From the NCBI GenBank assembly GCA_903938575.1, contig CAJADV010000085.1, forward strand, positions 9,491-73,490: DNA of 64,000 nt. Reading direction: 5' to 3'. The position numbers and the translations under genes were made by a program. Each line of letters starts with the position of its first letter. The stretch's first letter is position 1. Positions 1-12,978 of this stretch are shown here, one piece after another. The notes under the pieces were generated by a model. It was not told the DNA's origin, did no database searches, and saw only the letters and a program-made list of their open reading frames with translations. The DNA is from an uncultured Gammaproteobacteria bacterium. GTDB taxonomy: Bacteria > Pseudomonadota > Gammaproteobacteria > Pseudomonadales > UBA5518.

Positions 1-900
1 GCTGGCGACGAGCTTGCGCAGCCGCAGTCCGCCTGTGATCCGCTTCAACCCCTCGCTCGATACGCGGGTGCGATCAAGGTTTAACTCCTGCAAGCCCGGA
101 AGGCTGCAGAGGTGATCCATGCCCTGGTCGCCCACGCCGCTCAACGAGACATCCAGCAACTGAAGTGATCCTAGAGCGTGGATATCACACAGCCCCGAGT
201 CCGTGATCGATGTGCCCGTCAGCCGAAGCTTGAGCAGGCCTCGAAGGCCCCTCAGGGCCTCGATGGCGCCATCGCCCACAAGGCTGCCGGACAGGTTAAG
301 TTCACGGAGGTTTTGGTGCGCGCGCAAGGCGCCAAGACCCGCATCGCTTACGGTGGTGACGCTGAGGTTCAGGTAGCCGAGGGATGCAAGCCCTGCGAGC
401 GCCTCCAGTTCCACGTCGTCCACCGGTGTGCGATAGAGATTCAGGTGTTCGATCTGCGTGAATCGCGCTATCCGCGCGCCGATGCCCGAGCCCGCCAGGC
501 CGCTGCGCGCAAGGCTGAGGCATTTGAGGCTCGCGAGCCCTGCCAGCGCCTCCAGAGCCTCGACGCTGATGTCCAGGCCCTCCAGAAGCAGGCTTTGCAC
601 CCCCTCGAGCCCTGCGATGCAGGTGATGCCACCGTCCCCGATGCGCGAGTCGCTAAGTTCCAGTTCGAGAATCGCATCCGGCGCGAGCATGTGCAGCAGG
701 CGCGCATCTGCATCGGATGCATAGCGGCGCACCGCCAGTCGCCGGGGCACAGCCTTGCATGCAGGCGTCCACGGTATCCAGCGCACTCCGTCGTGGAAAA
801 AGGCATCCCCCGGGAATCCTGCCTCCAGCAACTCCGCAAGGCTCGCCCCCCGCGGGGAACTGCGCGCGATAATCGTGTGCGGGGTGGCTTTGGCGGACAT
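1..900 (-). CDS. Leucine-rich repeat (RNI-like LRR) protein, C-terminal end cut by the window edge
   Basis: Not in the ORF track because it has no stop in the window. Hand translation from ATG 900-898 stays open for 300 codons to position 1: MSAKATPHTIIARSS...ELSDSRIGDGGITCIAGLEGVQSLLLEGLDISVEALEALAGLASLKCLSLARSGL...LNLSVTTVSDAGLGALRAHQNLRELNLSGSLVGDGAIEAL. About 24-aa LxxLxLxxTxIxDxGLxxL periodicity, at least 8 repeats. The ATG is 2 nt after the hydrolase stop. Confidence 0.75.
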   Translation of the reverse strand, partial: MSAKATPHTIIARSSPRGASLAELLEAGFPGDAFFHDGVRWIPWTPACKAVPRRLAVRRYASDADARLLHMLAPDAILELELSDSRIGDGGITCIAGLEGVQSLLLEGLDISVEALEALAGLASLKCLSLARSGLAGSGIGARIARFTQIEHLNLYRTPVDDVELEALAGLASLGYLNLSVTTVSDAGLGALRAHQNLRELNLSGSLVGDGAIEALRGLRGLLKLRLTGTSITDSGLCDIHALGSLQLLDVSLSGVGDQGMDHLCSLPGLQELNLDRTRVSSEGLKRITGGLRLRKLVAS

Positions 901-902
901 GC

Positions 903-1739
903 TCAGTCGCGCAGGAGAAATTCCGTCGCGGCGCGGTTGAAGTCCGCGGCGCGCTCCCACTGCACCCAGTGCCCGGTCTTCGGGTACATAAGCACCTCGC
1001 AGGACGGCAGCAGTTTCGCGAAGGTGAGGGGCGTGTCCAGGGTGAGGATCCTGTCTTCGAGTCCCCAGATCACCAGCGCTTTCTGGCGGATGGCCGGCAG
1101 GATCGGGCGCACATCCCCGAGCCGCTGTATCCCGTAGCCCGACATCGCGGAGAGGATCTCCGGATCAATGCTGGACTGGTAGCGCATCTCCAGCAAGTCC
1201 TCGGTGAGCATCGACGGGTCGCAGAGAAAGCTGTTGAAGAGTTTGCGCAGCTTGTCCTTGGTGGGCGGGCCGGGGTTGTAGTACGCGAAGAGCTCCGAGT
1301 GGGCGTCGGTCGGTGTGGGTTGCAGGATGCTGCCGAAGACGCCACCCGGGCCCATAAGTACGAGTCGCTCCACGCGCGCCGGATTGAAATGCGCCACAAA
1401 GCAGGACACCGCGCCGCCCATTGAATTGCCCACGAAGTGTGCGGACCCGACGCCGAGCACACCGAGCGCAGTATCGATCACGCGGGCGAAGGCGGGATAC
1501 AGTTCTTCTTCGAAGGTGGTCTTGAAGCTCCCACCGAATTGCGGCAGATCGAAGGCCAGCACCCGGAAATTTTGCGCGAGCGCTGCGATGTTGCGGCTGT
1601 AGTTGGCCCAGCCGGAGGCGCCGGGGCCGCCGCCGTGCAGGCAGACCACGGGAAAGCCTGAGCCGGCCTCGTGATAGTGCATGCTGCGGCCGGGGGCGAT
1701 CTCGACGCGGCGCGACGTGTTCTCGTAAGTGAATTCCAT
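903..1739 (-). CDS. Alpha/beta-fold hydrolase, meta-cleavage-product (C-C bond) hydrolase-like
   Basis: 278-aa ORF with HGGGPG oxyanion region, GNSMGG nucleophile elbow and a C-terminal GHW(V)QWE motif, as in the BphD/HsaD/TodF class. Lies downstream of the Rieske oxygenase and reductase. Confidence 0.85.
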   Translation of the reverse strand: MEFTYENTSRRVEIAPGRSMHYHEAGSGFPVVCLHGGGPGASGWANYSRNIAALAQNFRVLAFDLPQFGGSFKTTFEEELYPAFARVIDTALGVLGVGSAHFVGNSMGGAVSCFVAHFNPARVERLVLMGPGGVFGSILQPTPTDAHSELFAYYNPGPPTKDKLRKLFNSFLCDPSMLTEDLLEMRYQSSIDPEILSAMSGYGIQRLGDVRPILPAIRQKALVIWGLEDRILTLDTPLTFAKLLPSCEVLMYPKTGHWVQWERAADFNRAATEFLLRD

Positions 1740-1769
1740 CTGGGGCTCCGTAGGGCGTGAAAAGTGGTG

Positions 1770-2789
1770 TCAGGCGGTATCAGGGGCGGGGAGGTATTGC
1801 TCGGCCCTGATCCTCTCGGGCGGTATTCCCAGGGAGCTGCAGCGTTCTCGCGTTGCCTCGATCAGGCCGGGGGCGCCGCACACATAGACGATGCTGTCGG
1901 GCTTGAAGGCGGCGTCCTCCAGCAGCGCGAGGGGGTTCCCGACCGGACCATGCCACGCGGGCGAGGGGCGCGAGACCCCCACCCGGACATCGAGCCGCGC
2001 CATCCAGTCCTGCCGCAGGGAGAGCTCGTCGAGATGGAAAAGGCCCTCCTCGCGCGAGCAGGCGAAGGCGAGGATGGTGTCCGGCGTACGGCCGGGGCGT
2101 TCGCGCAATTGGTCGATCATCGGCAGGATTGGGCCCAGCCCGGTGCCACCGGCGATGAATACGTGCGGACCTTGCCAGCTGCCGAGCGTGAAGGCGCCGA
2201 AGGGGCCTTCCACGCAGCAGGCGTCACCCAACCCCGCGCGCTCCAGAAGGTATCTTCCCATCGAACCCTGCGGGTGGATCTTCACTACCAGCGACAGGCG
2301 CTCTGGTGAATCGGGCTCGGAGGAGATCGAGTAGGAGCGCCAGCTCCCGGTGCCGGGCACCTGGATGCGCAGGTATTGGCCCGGCACGGCGTCGAGCCGT
2401 TTCTCCGGTTGAATGCTGAGTTCCCATACGTCGGACGAGAGTTGCCGCAGGCCGGAGACCACCGCATCGCATCGTATGGCGGCCTCGCCCTCGGCAAGGC
2501 GTGAGCCGTAAGCGAAGCGTACGGCGACATCGGCCTGTGGCAGCAGCGAGCACGCGAGCCGCATGCCAGCGTCGATCTCGCTGCGCAACAGCGCGCTCGC
2601 GCGCCCCGGGACGTTGCCCGCCTCGCCTGAGACGAGGGTGCAGATGCAGGAGGCGCAACTGCCTGAGCGGCACTGGTGTGCGAGGTTCAGCCCCGCGGCG
2701 AGTGCGGCATCAAGCAGCGTTTGCCCTTGCGGTACATCGATCTCGCGCTGCATCCCGTCGTCGAAATGCAGCGCGGCCCGGAAGCCCAC
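1770..2789 (-). CDS. Oxygenase reductase component: N-terminal plant-type 2Fe-2S ferredoxin fused to an FNR-like FAD/NAD(P)H domain
   Basis: CRSGSCASCIC cluster motif (Cx4Cx2C), RSYSIS flavin motif and GGTGLGPILPMI nucleotide-binding motif. BenC-like domain order. Confidence 0.85.
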   Translation of the reverse strand: MGFRAALHFDDGMQREIDVPQGQTLLDAALAAGLNLAHQCRSGSCASCICTLVSGEAGNVPGRASALLRSEIDAGMRLACSLLPQADVAVRFAYGSRLAEGEAAIRCDAVVSGLRQLSSDVWELSIQPEKRLDAVPGQYLRIQVPGTGSWRSYSISSEPDSPERLSLVVKIHPQGSMGRYLLERAGLGDACCVEGPFGAFTLGSWQGPHVFIAGGTGLGPILPMIDQLRERPGRTPDTILAFACSREEGLFHLDELSLRQDWMARLDVRVGVSRPSPAWHGPVGNPLALLEDAAFKPDSIVYVCGAPGLIEATRERCSSLGIPPERIRAEQYLPAPDTA

Positions 2790-2798
2790 GGTGAGTTC

Positions 2799-4022
2799 TC
2801 AGCGCAGCCGCGGGCTCGGATGTGTCTGCGGTGTCTGTATGCCGCGGTTGTGGCGCGAGACCAGTTTGCGCCAGCCGGTGATAACGGCATCCATCCCGCA
2901 GAGTTGCTCGTCGTCCCAGCCGACGCCGCCGTCCACGCTGTAGAAGCGCTCCATCTGCTCGCGGGCAAAGAGATCGTCGTCGTTGAAGTCGTGCAACGCG
3001 ATCGGCAGCCAGAGGTGCTCGTACTCGTACTTGAACTTCTTCAGTTCCGCCTCGGTGTTGCACACGCCGAGGATCACTTCCCAGTACTCGTGGCGGTTGC
3101 CGTCGACCGGCACGTACCACTCGAGCTGGGTGAGCCCGCGCCGTGGCCAGTTCTCGACCATCAGTACGCCTGGCAGGTACATGGAGGTGCGAAGGCCGAG
3201 CACGGAGCCCGTGCCGAATGGGTGCAGATCCAGTTCCTCGTTGTGCATCACGAGGTCGTAATGGCCCGAGTGCCACTCGTTCATGATGCCCACCGGCCCC
3301 GCGCCGTCTTCGCCGTAGACCGTGATCGCCTCTGGCGAGGTGGGATTCAGGCCGAGTGGGAAGGCGAGGTTCTGCGAGAGTATCACCTGCGCGTCGCGGT
3401 GCATGATCTGGTGCCCTGGATCGAAACCATTCTCCACGGCGAGGCGCCAGTTCGAATTGCCCGTGCGGTGGATGCCGAGCACCACCACGTTCTCGTCCAT
3501 CGGGTGGGGCGAGCGGAATTCATAGTCGTCGGGCAGTCGGACCGGAAGGTCATCGGCAAGATCCGGCAGGGGCGCGTAGTTGTCGTCACCGACGAACACG
3601 AAGATGATTCCGGCGAGTTCACATATGGGATATGTCTGGAGTCGCGCGTTCCCGACCAGGGGGTCGTTCGGTGCGCCGATGATGGTCTTCAGCGCGCCGC
3701 TTGCGAGATCGTAGGTGAACCCGTGGTACCAGCAACTGATGGTGTCCTCCGAGAAACACTTGGGACGCACCGACATCGTCACGCCGCGGTGCAGGCACTG
3801 GTCACGCAGCGCGAAGACGCCGGCGGCTGTGCGTCGCAACAGGATCGGGACGCCCGCAATGGTGACGCCCTTGGTATCGCCCACTGCGAGTTCGTGGATG
3901 AAGAGCGCGGGATACCAGTAGTTCTTCATCCCCCACGAGGCCTTCAGATAGGGCTCGTACTGACGTCTGGCTGCATCGTGTCTCGCGTTGCTCGTTGCCA
4001 TGACTTCGTTCTCCACGGGCAA
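2799..4022 (-). CDS. Rieske (2Fe-2S) non-haem-iron oxygenase, alpha-subunit-only type
   Basis: CLHRG...CWYHGF Rieske motif and ENGFDPGHQIMH mononuclear-iron motif. No beta-subunit gene is adjacent. 9-nt gap to the reductase gene. Confidence 0.85.
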   Translation of the reverse strand: MPVENEVMATSNARHDAARRQYEPYLKASWGMKNYWYPALFIHELAVGDTKGVTIAGVPILLRRTAAGVFALRDQCLHRGVTMSVRPKCFSEDTISCWYHGFTYDLASGALKTIIGAPNDPLVGNARLQTYPICELAGIIFVFVGDDNYAPLPDLADDLPVRLPDDYEFRSPHPMDENVVVLGIHRTGNSNWRLAVENGFDPGHQIMHRDAQVILSQNLAFPLGLNPTSPEAITVYGEDGAGPVGIMNEWHSGHYDLVMHNEELDLHPFGTGSVLGLRTSMYLPGVLMVENWPRRGLTQLEWYVPVDGNRHEYWEVILGVCNTEAELKKFKYEYEHLWLPIALHDFNDDDLFAREQMERFYSVDGGVGWDDEQLCGMDAVITGWRKLVSRHNRGIQTPQTHPSPRLR

Positions 4023-4036
4023 GGTAGTAGAGAATT

Positions 4037-4053
4037 AAAATATACTTTATTTT
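4037..4053. promoter_or_regulatory. AT-rich inverted repeat AAAATA-N5-TATTTT upstream of the Rieske operon (candidate operator/promoter)
   Basis: Only strongly AT-rich stretch in the 70-nt gap between the Rieske start (4022) and the GntR stop (4093). The arms are exact reverse complements. Confidence 0.3.
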
Positions 4054-4092
4054 GTCGCTCCACAATCTCTCCCGGGTGGGCGGACACCTGGG

Positions 4093-4818
4093 TCAGCGCA
4101 GGTGCTGTGGCTTGCCTGCAGGGAGTTCGGGTGCCTTGCGGGTGTTCGTGATGTGCTCCCTCGCGAGTGTCGCCGCACGCCCGGCGTCACGCTGCCCGAT
4201 AGCCTCTAGCAGGGCCGCGTGTTCTTCCACCGATGTCGCGCGACGCGAGTCTGCGGTGACGGTGTAGAAGCGCACCCGCTTACCAAGTGGTTCGAGCATG
4301 GAGACAAGCACCGAATTGCCGGTGGCCAGCGCCATGAGGCGGTGGAAATCCTGATTCGAGCGCGCCAGTGCCGCTCCGTTTCGGACGCGCATTTCCCCCT
4401 GCGAGCGGACCACTATATCGCGCAGTTCCTGCATCTGCGCGGCGGTTCTGCGCTCGGCCGCGAGGGCTGCTGCTGCAGGCTCGAGCACCAGTCGCGTCTC
4501 GAAAAGATCCTGCATTTCCTCCTCCGACTTCGGCCGCACGAAATATCCCTGCCGGGGGCGTGTGACCACCCAGCCGTGCGCCTCTAGGGCGCGCAGTGCC
4601 TCCCGCACAGGGACCCTGCTTATGCCGTAGTGCTCCGCGAATACGTCCGCGTTCAGTCGTTCGCCAGCGCGGAGTTTGCCGTCGAGGATGGCTTCCTCGA
4701 TTGAGTCGACGAGGAGTGCGGCGAGCGTGGCCTTCGGCCCTTTTTCGCCCGAACTGGCGGGCAAGGCACCCAGATTGCCGGGGTCGGCTGAACGTGTCCG
4801 CGGTCTGGCCATTTTCAA
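4093..4818 (-). CDS. GntR-family transcriptional regulator (FadR/FCD-type C-terminal domain)
   Basis: wHTH segment FAEHYGISRVPVREALRALEAHGWVVTRPRQGYFV followed by a helical ligand domain. The exact start codon is uncertain. Confidence 0.85.
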   Translation of the reverse strand: MKMARPRTRSADPGNLGALPASSGEKGPKATLAALLVDSIEEAILDGKLRAGERLNADVFAEHYGISRVPVREALRALEAHGWVVTRPRQGYFVRPKSEEEMQDLFETRLVLEPAAAALAAERRTAAQMQELRDIVVRSQGEMRVRNGAALARSNQDFHRLMALATGNSVLVSMLEPLGKRVRFYTVTADSRRATSVEEHAALLEAIGQRDAGRAATLAREHITNTRKAPELPAGKPQHLR

Positions 4819-4982
4819 TACCGTGCCGTGTAGCGGGATTAGAGTATCCGTTTTCCCGAAGACTTTCCGGTGTGGTACCCGAACCGCTGCCCTGAGAGCT
4901 AAACTGTAACTGCGGATTGGGGCCGCGGTGCAATTGCCGCCAGGGTGCTTCGATGGCCTAATGGTTTTTCGGAATCGAGGAT

Positions 4983-5756
4983 ATGTATATGGGCAGGGTA
5001 GACGGCAAAGTTGTGATCATCACCGGGGCACTGGGCGGTATCGGCCGCGCGGATGCCGCGCTGTTTGCCCGCGAGGGCGCGCGCCTCGTGCTCACCGACA
5101 TCACTGAGAAGGGGGCCGATGATCTGCTGGCGTCGCTGGGCACTGAGGCGATTTTCCTGCGCCACGATGTGAGCAGCGAGGACGACTGGGCTCGCGTGGT
5201 CGCCACCGCCGAGGAGCGCTTCGGGCGGCTGGATGCATTGGTGAACAACGCCGGCATGATGGTGCTGGGCAACCTTGGTGACACCTCGTTCGCCGACTGG
5301 CGTCGCGTGATGTCGGTGAACCTCGACGGCGTATTCCTCGGTTGCCGAGCGGCATTGCCCGCGCTGGAGCGCGCCGGTGGCGGGGCCATCGTCAATATCT
5401 CGTCCATTGCGGCCATGCACGGCATGCCCTACGTCACGGCCTATTGTGCCAGCAAGGGTGGTGTGCGCTCGCTTACCAAGGCGGTGGCGGTGCAGTGCCG
5501 TCAGGCCAAGAACAACGTGCGCTGCAACTCCGTGCACCCCGATGGCGTGAAGACACCCATGGTGTTCAAGGTTGCCACCGGGCAGGATTCCGCCACGCGG
5601 GAAGAGATCGAGTCCATCACCGGCTCCAGCGATCGTTTCTGCGAGCCCGAGGACATTGCCGCGGTGGTGCTGTTCCTGGTCTCGGACGAGTCTCGCTACG
5701 TGAACGGCGCGGAGATCATGGTCGATAACGCGGCTCTGGTGACGGGGCCTGCCTGA
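4983..5756 (+). CDS. Short-chain dehydrogenase/reductase (SDR), hydroxysteroid-dehydrogenase-like
   Basis: TGALGGIG cofactor motif, NNAG, and a Ser...YCASK catalytic motif. The start could be ATG 4989 instead of 4983, which has better SD spacing. Confidence 0.9.
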   Translation: MYMGRVDGKVVIITGALGGIGRADAALFAREGARLVLTDITEKGADDLLASLGTEAIFLRHDVSSEDDWARVVATAEERFGRLDALVNNAGMMVLGNLGDTSFADWRRVMSVNLDGVFLGCRAALPALERAGGGAIVNISSIAAMHGMPYVTAYCASKGGVRSLTKAVAVQCRQAKNNVRCNSVHPDGVKTPMVFKVATGQDSATREEIESITGSSDRFCEPEDIAAVVLFLVSDESRYVNGAEIMVDNAALVTGPA

Positions 5757-5854
5757 TCGCCGCAGTACGGCGCAGCGACGATCCCTCGCCCCTCACACAC
5801 GAGCGCGATGGCGCCAGTCGCCTCGCGTCTTCCTCCGGTTCGATGCAGCGCCGA

Positions 5855-10357
<4,503 letters not shown>

Positions 10358-10386
10358 AGGATGACTCCGTGCAGCGGTGCTTGCCG

Positions 10387-11328
10387 CTAGCGACTCGGGA
10401 AAACCATTTCAAATCGTTGGTCCGCCGCGTTCAGGCCAAGGCCCAGGTGGTTCGCGGTGCGGATGTTGATCGCCGTGTGCAACTGCTCTAGCGGCGCCAG
10501 CGTCGTATCACCCGCAGGCGGGTGCGCGGCGAGGCGCCCCAGCGCTTTGCCCATCGCCGTATTGTCGGGAAAGAGCGCGAACAGCGCGCCCTTGGGGACA
10601 TGCGCGATATTGCTGGAGAAAACCACGATGTTCCGGTCCCATGCGGTGCGCAGGATCATCTGCAGCACCGAGCTCTCGGCAAGGAAGGGCGAGCCTTGCG
10701 GCAGCCACAGCGCCTCGACGGCCGGATCCATCTGTGCAAGGCGTTCGCGATAGGCGTTGGCGCCATCGCGCAGCGTGTCGCGGCGCAGCGTTTCGAGTGT
10801 GATGCCCTGCCTCTTCGCGGCGCTCTGGCCGAGTTCCACCAGCCAGTCGTTGTTGTCCGCGCCGTGCACCAGGGTCACGCGGGTCACCTTGGGCGCGAGT
10901 TCATGCAGTGTGGCAAACAGGCGCGCCGGGGCGGGGACCATCGAGATGCCGCGCACGCCCTCGGGTAACTCGCCCGGGCGCGCCATTACGGCGCCGATCA
11001 CCCGGTCGAGGGGTGTTTTCAGCTCGCGCATCACGTCGAGGCCGTATTTGCCAAGCAGCAGCACGCGCTGTGCGTCGCGTCCGGCGAGGCGTGCGGAGAT
11101 ATCGTTTGCGTTTTCGGTGGTCGCCACCTCCTGCACGTCGGCGCGCTCGCCGAGTTCCTCCGTTATGCCTGCAACGATGGCGAGGAACGCCGCACGGTAG
11201 GGCTCGCGCACGTTGGGGTAGATCACGGCAACCGGCCCGGTCTCGGCGGCAGGCGCGGCCGCCTGCACGGCTCTGAACGGTATCAGGCACAGGGCGGATG
11301 CAAGGGCGATGATAGCCAGTCGTGTCAT
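10387..11328 (-). CDS. Periplasmic substrate-binding-like protein (COG2984 / ABC_sub_bind-like) with no cognate permease or ATPase
   Basis: Start chosen at the internal ATG 11328 giving a signal peptide, MTRLAIIALASALCLIPFRAVQAAAP. Two-lobe binding-protein pattern ending ...INIRTANHLGLGL. ATGA overlap with the upstream gene; 29 nt before the sensor gene. Confidence 0.6.
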   Translation of the reverse strand: MTRLAIIALASALCLIPFRAVQAAAPAAETGPVAVIYPNVREPYRAAFLAIVAGITEELGERADVQEVATTENANDISARLAGRDAQRVLLLGKYGLDVMRELKTPLDRVIGAVMARPGELPEGVRGISMVPAPARLFATLHELAPKVTRVTLVHGADNNDWLVELGQSAAKRQGITLETLRRDTLRDGANAYRERLAQMDPAVEALWLPQGSPFLAESSVLQMILRTAWDRNIVVFSSNIAHVPKGALFALFPDNTAMGKALGRLAAHPPAGDTTLAPLEQLHTAINIRTANHLGLGLNAADQRFEMVFPSR

Positions 11329-12149
11329 GGCGGCCACGCATCGGGCAGCGGGCGTGCCGGCGCTCCGCGGTATTGCACATCGGCGCAGGACAGAGGAAGG
11401 AAACCTCCGGCGGGCGCGGAGGCCGCTTCCGCGTAACAGGCGTGTACACCCGCATTCACGGCGAGCGCATACAGGCATTCGCCATCCGCGATCTGCATGT
11501 CGCCGTGATCGAGCAGGAATGCGGCCAGGTAGCCCAGCATGTTCAGGCCCGCATCGCCGTGAGGCGCCAGAAGCGCATCGATCTCCAGCGCGAGCCCGAG
11601 GTAGGTGCCATTCACGAAGCCGAGTTCCGCGGCCAGTCCCGCAAGTGCCGCGACGCGGTCATCGCCCTGGGCGATGGGGCGCGTAAAGCCCGGTGCGCGC
11701 ACGCGCCCGCCGGGGCGTGTCCGGCTTGCAATGAAGGCCTCGAGAGTCGCGCCGCCAAGACGCGCGGTTTGCGCCGAGACCAGGAAGTCGTGCGCAGGGC
11801 GCGTGCTGCCAGGGCCGTAGAGCGTGGATTCGCTGGCCATCACGCCTGCGCTGATGCCCACGGTGGGCGTGAGGCGTACGCTGCCAGCAAGGGCGCCGAT
11901 CTGATTGCACCAGATGCGCGGGTCGGGAAATGCGAGGCAGAGGAAACTCGCCTCTATCCAGCGTGCGAGGCGTGGATCGGGCAGCTTGCCGGTCACCTCG
12001 AGGTACAGCACCTCGAAGAAACTGCGTCGGCCCACCAGGTCCTCGAGCAGCGAGTGTCCGTGCACGCTGATGCCGCCGCCGATGCGCCAGCCACCTTTGC
12101 GGGTGCGGATGCGGCTGCGGCGCTGGTCCCAGAACGTGGTGTCGTTCAT
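11325..12149 (-). CDS. Citrate-synthase-fold / citryl-CoA-lyase-like protein B (catalytic residues apparently degenerate)
   Basis: Start at internal ATG 12149 (MNDTTFWDQ...). SFFEVLYLEVTGKLPDPRLARWIEASF matches the conserved CS/CCL helix. APGFTRPIAQGDDRV sits where the family has PGFGHxVYxxxDPR. ATGA overlaps at both ends. Confidence 0.6.
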   Translation of the reverse strand: MNDTTFWDQRRSRIRTRKGGWRIGGGISVHGHSLLEDLVGRRSFFEVLYLEVTGKLPDPRLARWIEASFLCLAFPDPRIWCNQIGALAGSVRLTPTVGISAGVMASESTLYGPGSTRPAHDFLVSAQTARLGGATLEAFIASRTRPGGRVRAPGFTRPIAQGDDRVAALAGLAAELGFVNGTYLGLALEIDALLAPHGDAGLNMLGYLAAFLLDHGDMQIADGECLYALAVNAGVHACYAEAASAPAGGFLPLSCADVQYRGAPARPLPDAWPP

Positions 12150-12964
12150 GCGCTGCCGCCCGTATCCGCGTCCACGTATTCGTAGCGTTCCTCGGGTACG
12201 AAGGGCATGGCGGTGATGCCGCGTCCGGCCGTCTCGAGCGCGTGCGCGAGTAACCCCGGCAAGCCCGCCAGTTGGTAGAGAAGGCCCGCTGCGCGCGGCG
12301 TGAAGCCCAACTCCAGCGCGGTCGCGGCGGCGAGGCCCGGTTGCAGCCAGCCGCAGCCAGTGCCTGCCAGCGCAGCCGCAAAGCGCGCGGACCAGGCGAG
12401 TGGGCCTTCGGGTCTTGCCAGCTCGCACAGCGGGGCCGCAAGGCTCAGACAGAAACTGTCGATGTTGCCGTGGAGCGTGCCGAAGCCTGGCGCGACGCGG
12501 CGGTCTCCCGGTGTCAGCGGCGGCTCCAGAGCCACGAGCTGCGCGGCTAGATCGATGGGCTCTGCACTGCAGCGTGCGGCGATGAACGCTGCGGCATGCT
12601 CGACCTCTGCGCTGCCCAGATGCTCGCCGCCCAGCAGCGCAATGCCGATCGCCGGCAGCGCCGCGTTGCGTGTTCCCGAGGCGGCGGCATTCATCACCGC
12701 GCGCGAAGCCGCGTGGCGCGGACCCGGATTGCAGAAACTCACCAGGAATCGTGACATCAGCCGGCGTTGCGCGGCGTCCGGCAGTTCGCCGCGAAGCAGC
12801 AGGAAGATGGTGTCGTCGAAAGACAGCCGGCGTGCCATCTCATCGAGCGCGTAGCCGTGACAGCGCGCCCCCGTGGCAAGCCAGGCGTTGTCCGGATCGG
12901 GCAGCTCCTCCCACACGCGCGTGCGCACGTGATCGGGAAAAGCGGTGTCTCGGCTTTGCTCCAT
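12146..12964 (-). CDS. Citrate-synthase-fold / citryl-CoA-lyase-like protein A
   Basis: LSFDDTIFLLLRGELPDAAQRRLMSRFLVSFCNPGPRHAASRAVMNAAASGTRNAALPAIGIALLGGEHLGSAE resembles the citryl-CoA lyase small-domain core. APGFGTLHGNIDSF sits in place of PGFGHRVY. Confidence 0.6.
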   Translation of the reverse strand: MEQSRDTAFPDHVRTRVWEELPDPDNAWLATGARCHGYALDEMARRLSFDDTIFLLLRGELPDAAQRRLMSRFLVSFCNPGPRHAASRAVMNAAASGTRNAALPAIGIALLGGEHLGSAEVEHAAAFIAARCSAEPIDLAAQLVALEPPLTPGDRRVAPGFGTLHGNIDSFCLSLAAPLCELARPEGPLAWSARFAAALAGTGCGWLQPGLAAATALELGFTPRAAGLLYQLAGLPGLLAHALETAGRGITAMPFVPEERYEYVDADTGGSA

Positions 12965-12978
12965 CGCCCGTCAGCCGC

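Noticed and set aside
178-1137. 319-aa plus-strand ORF covering the 5' end of the window
   Set aside because: It is antisense to the LRR gene and the hydrolase gene. Its Arg/Ala-rich sequence is unstructured, as expected for a GC-rich shadow frame. The minus-strand frame shows clear LRR periodicity.
2676-4151. 491-aa plus-strand ORF
   Set aside because: It is antisense to the Rieske oxygenase, which has unambiguous Rieske and iron motifs. The translation is low-complexity and Val/His/Arg-rich.
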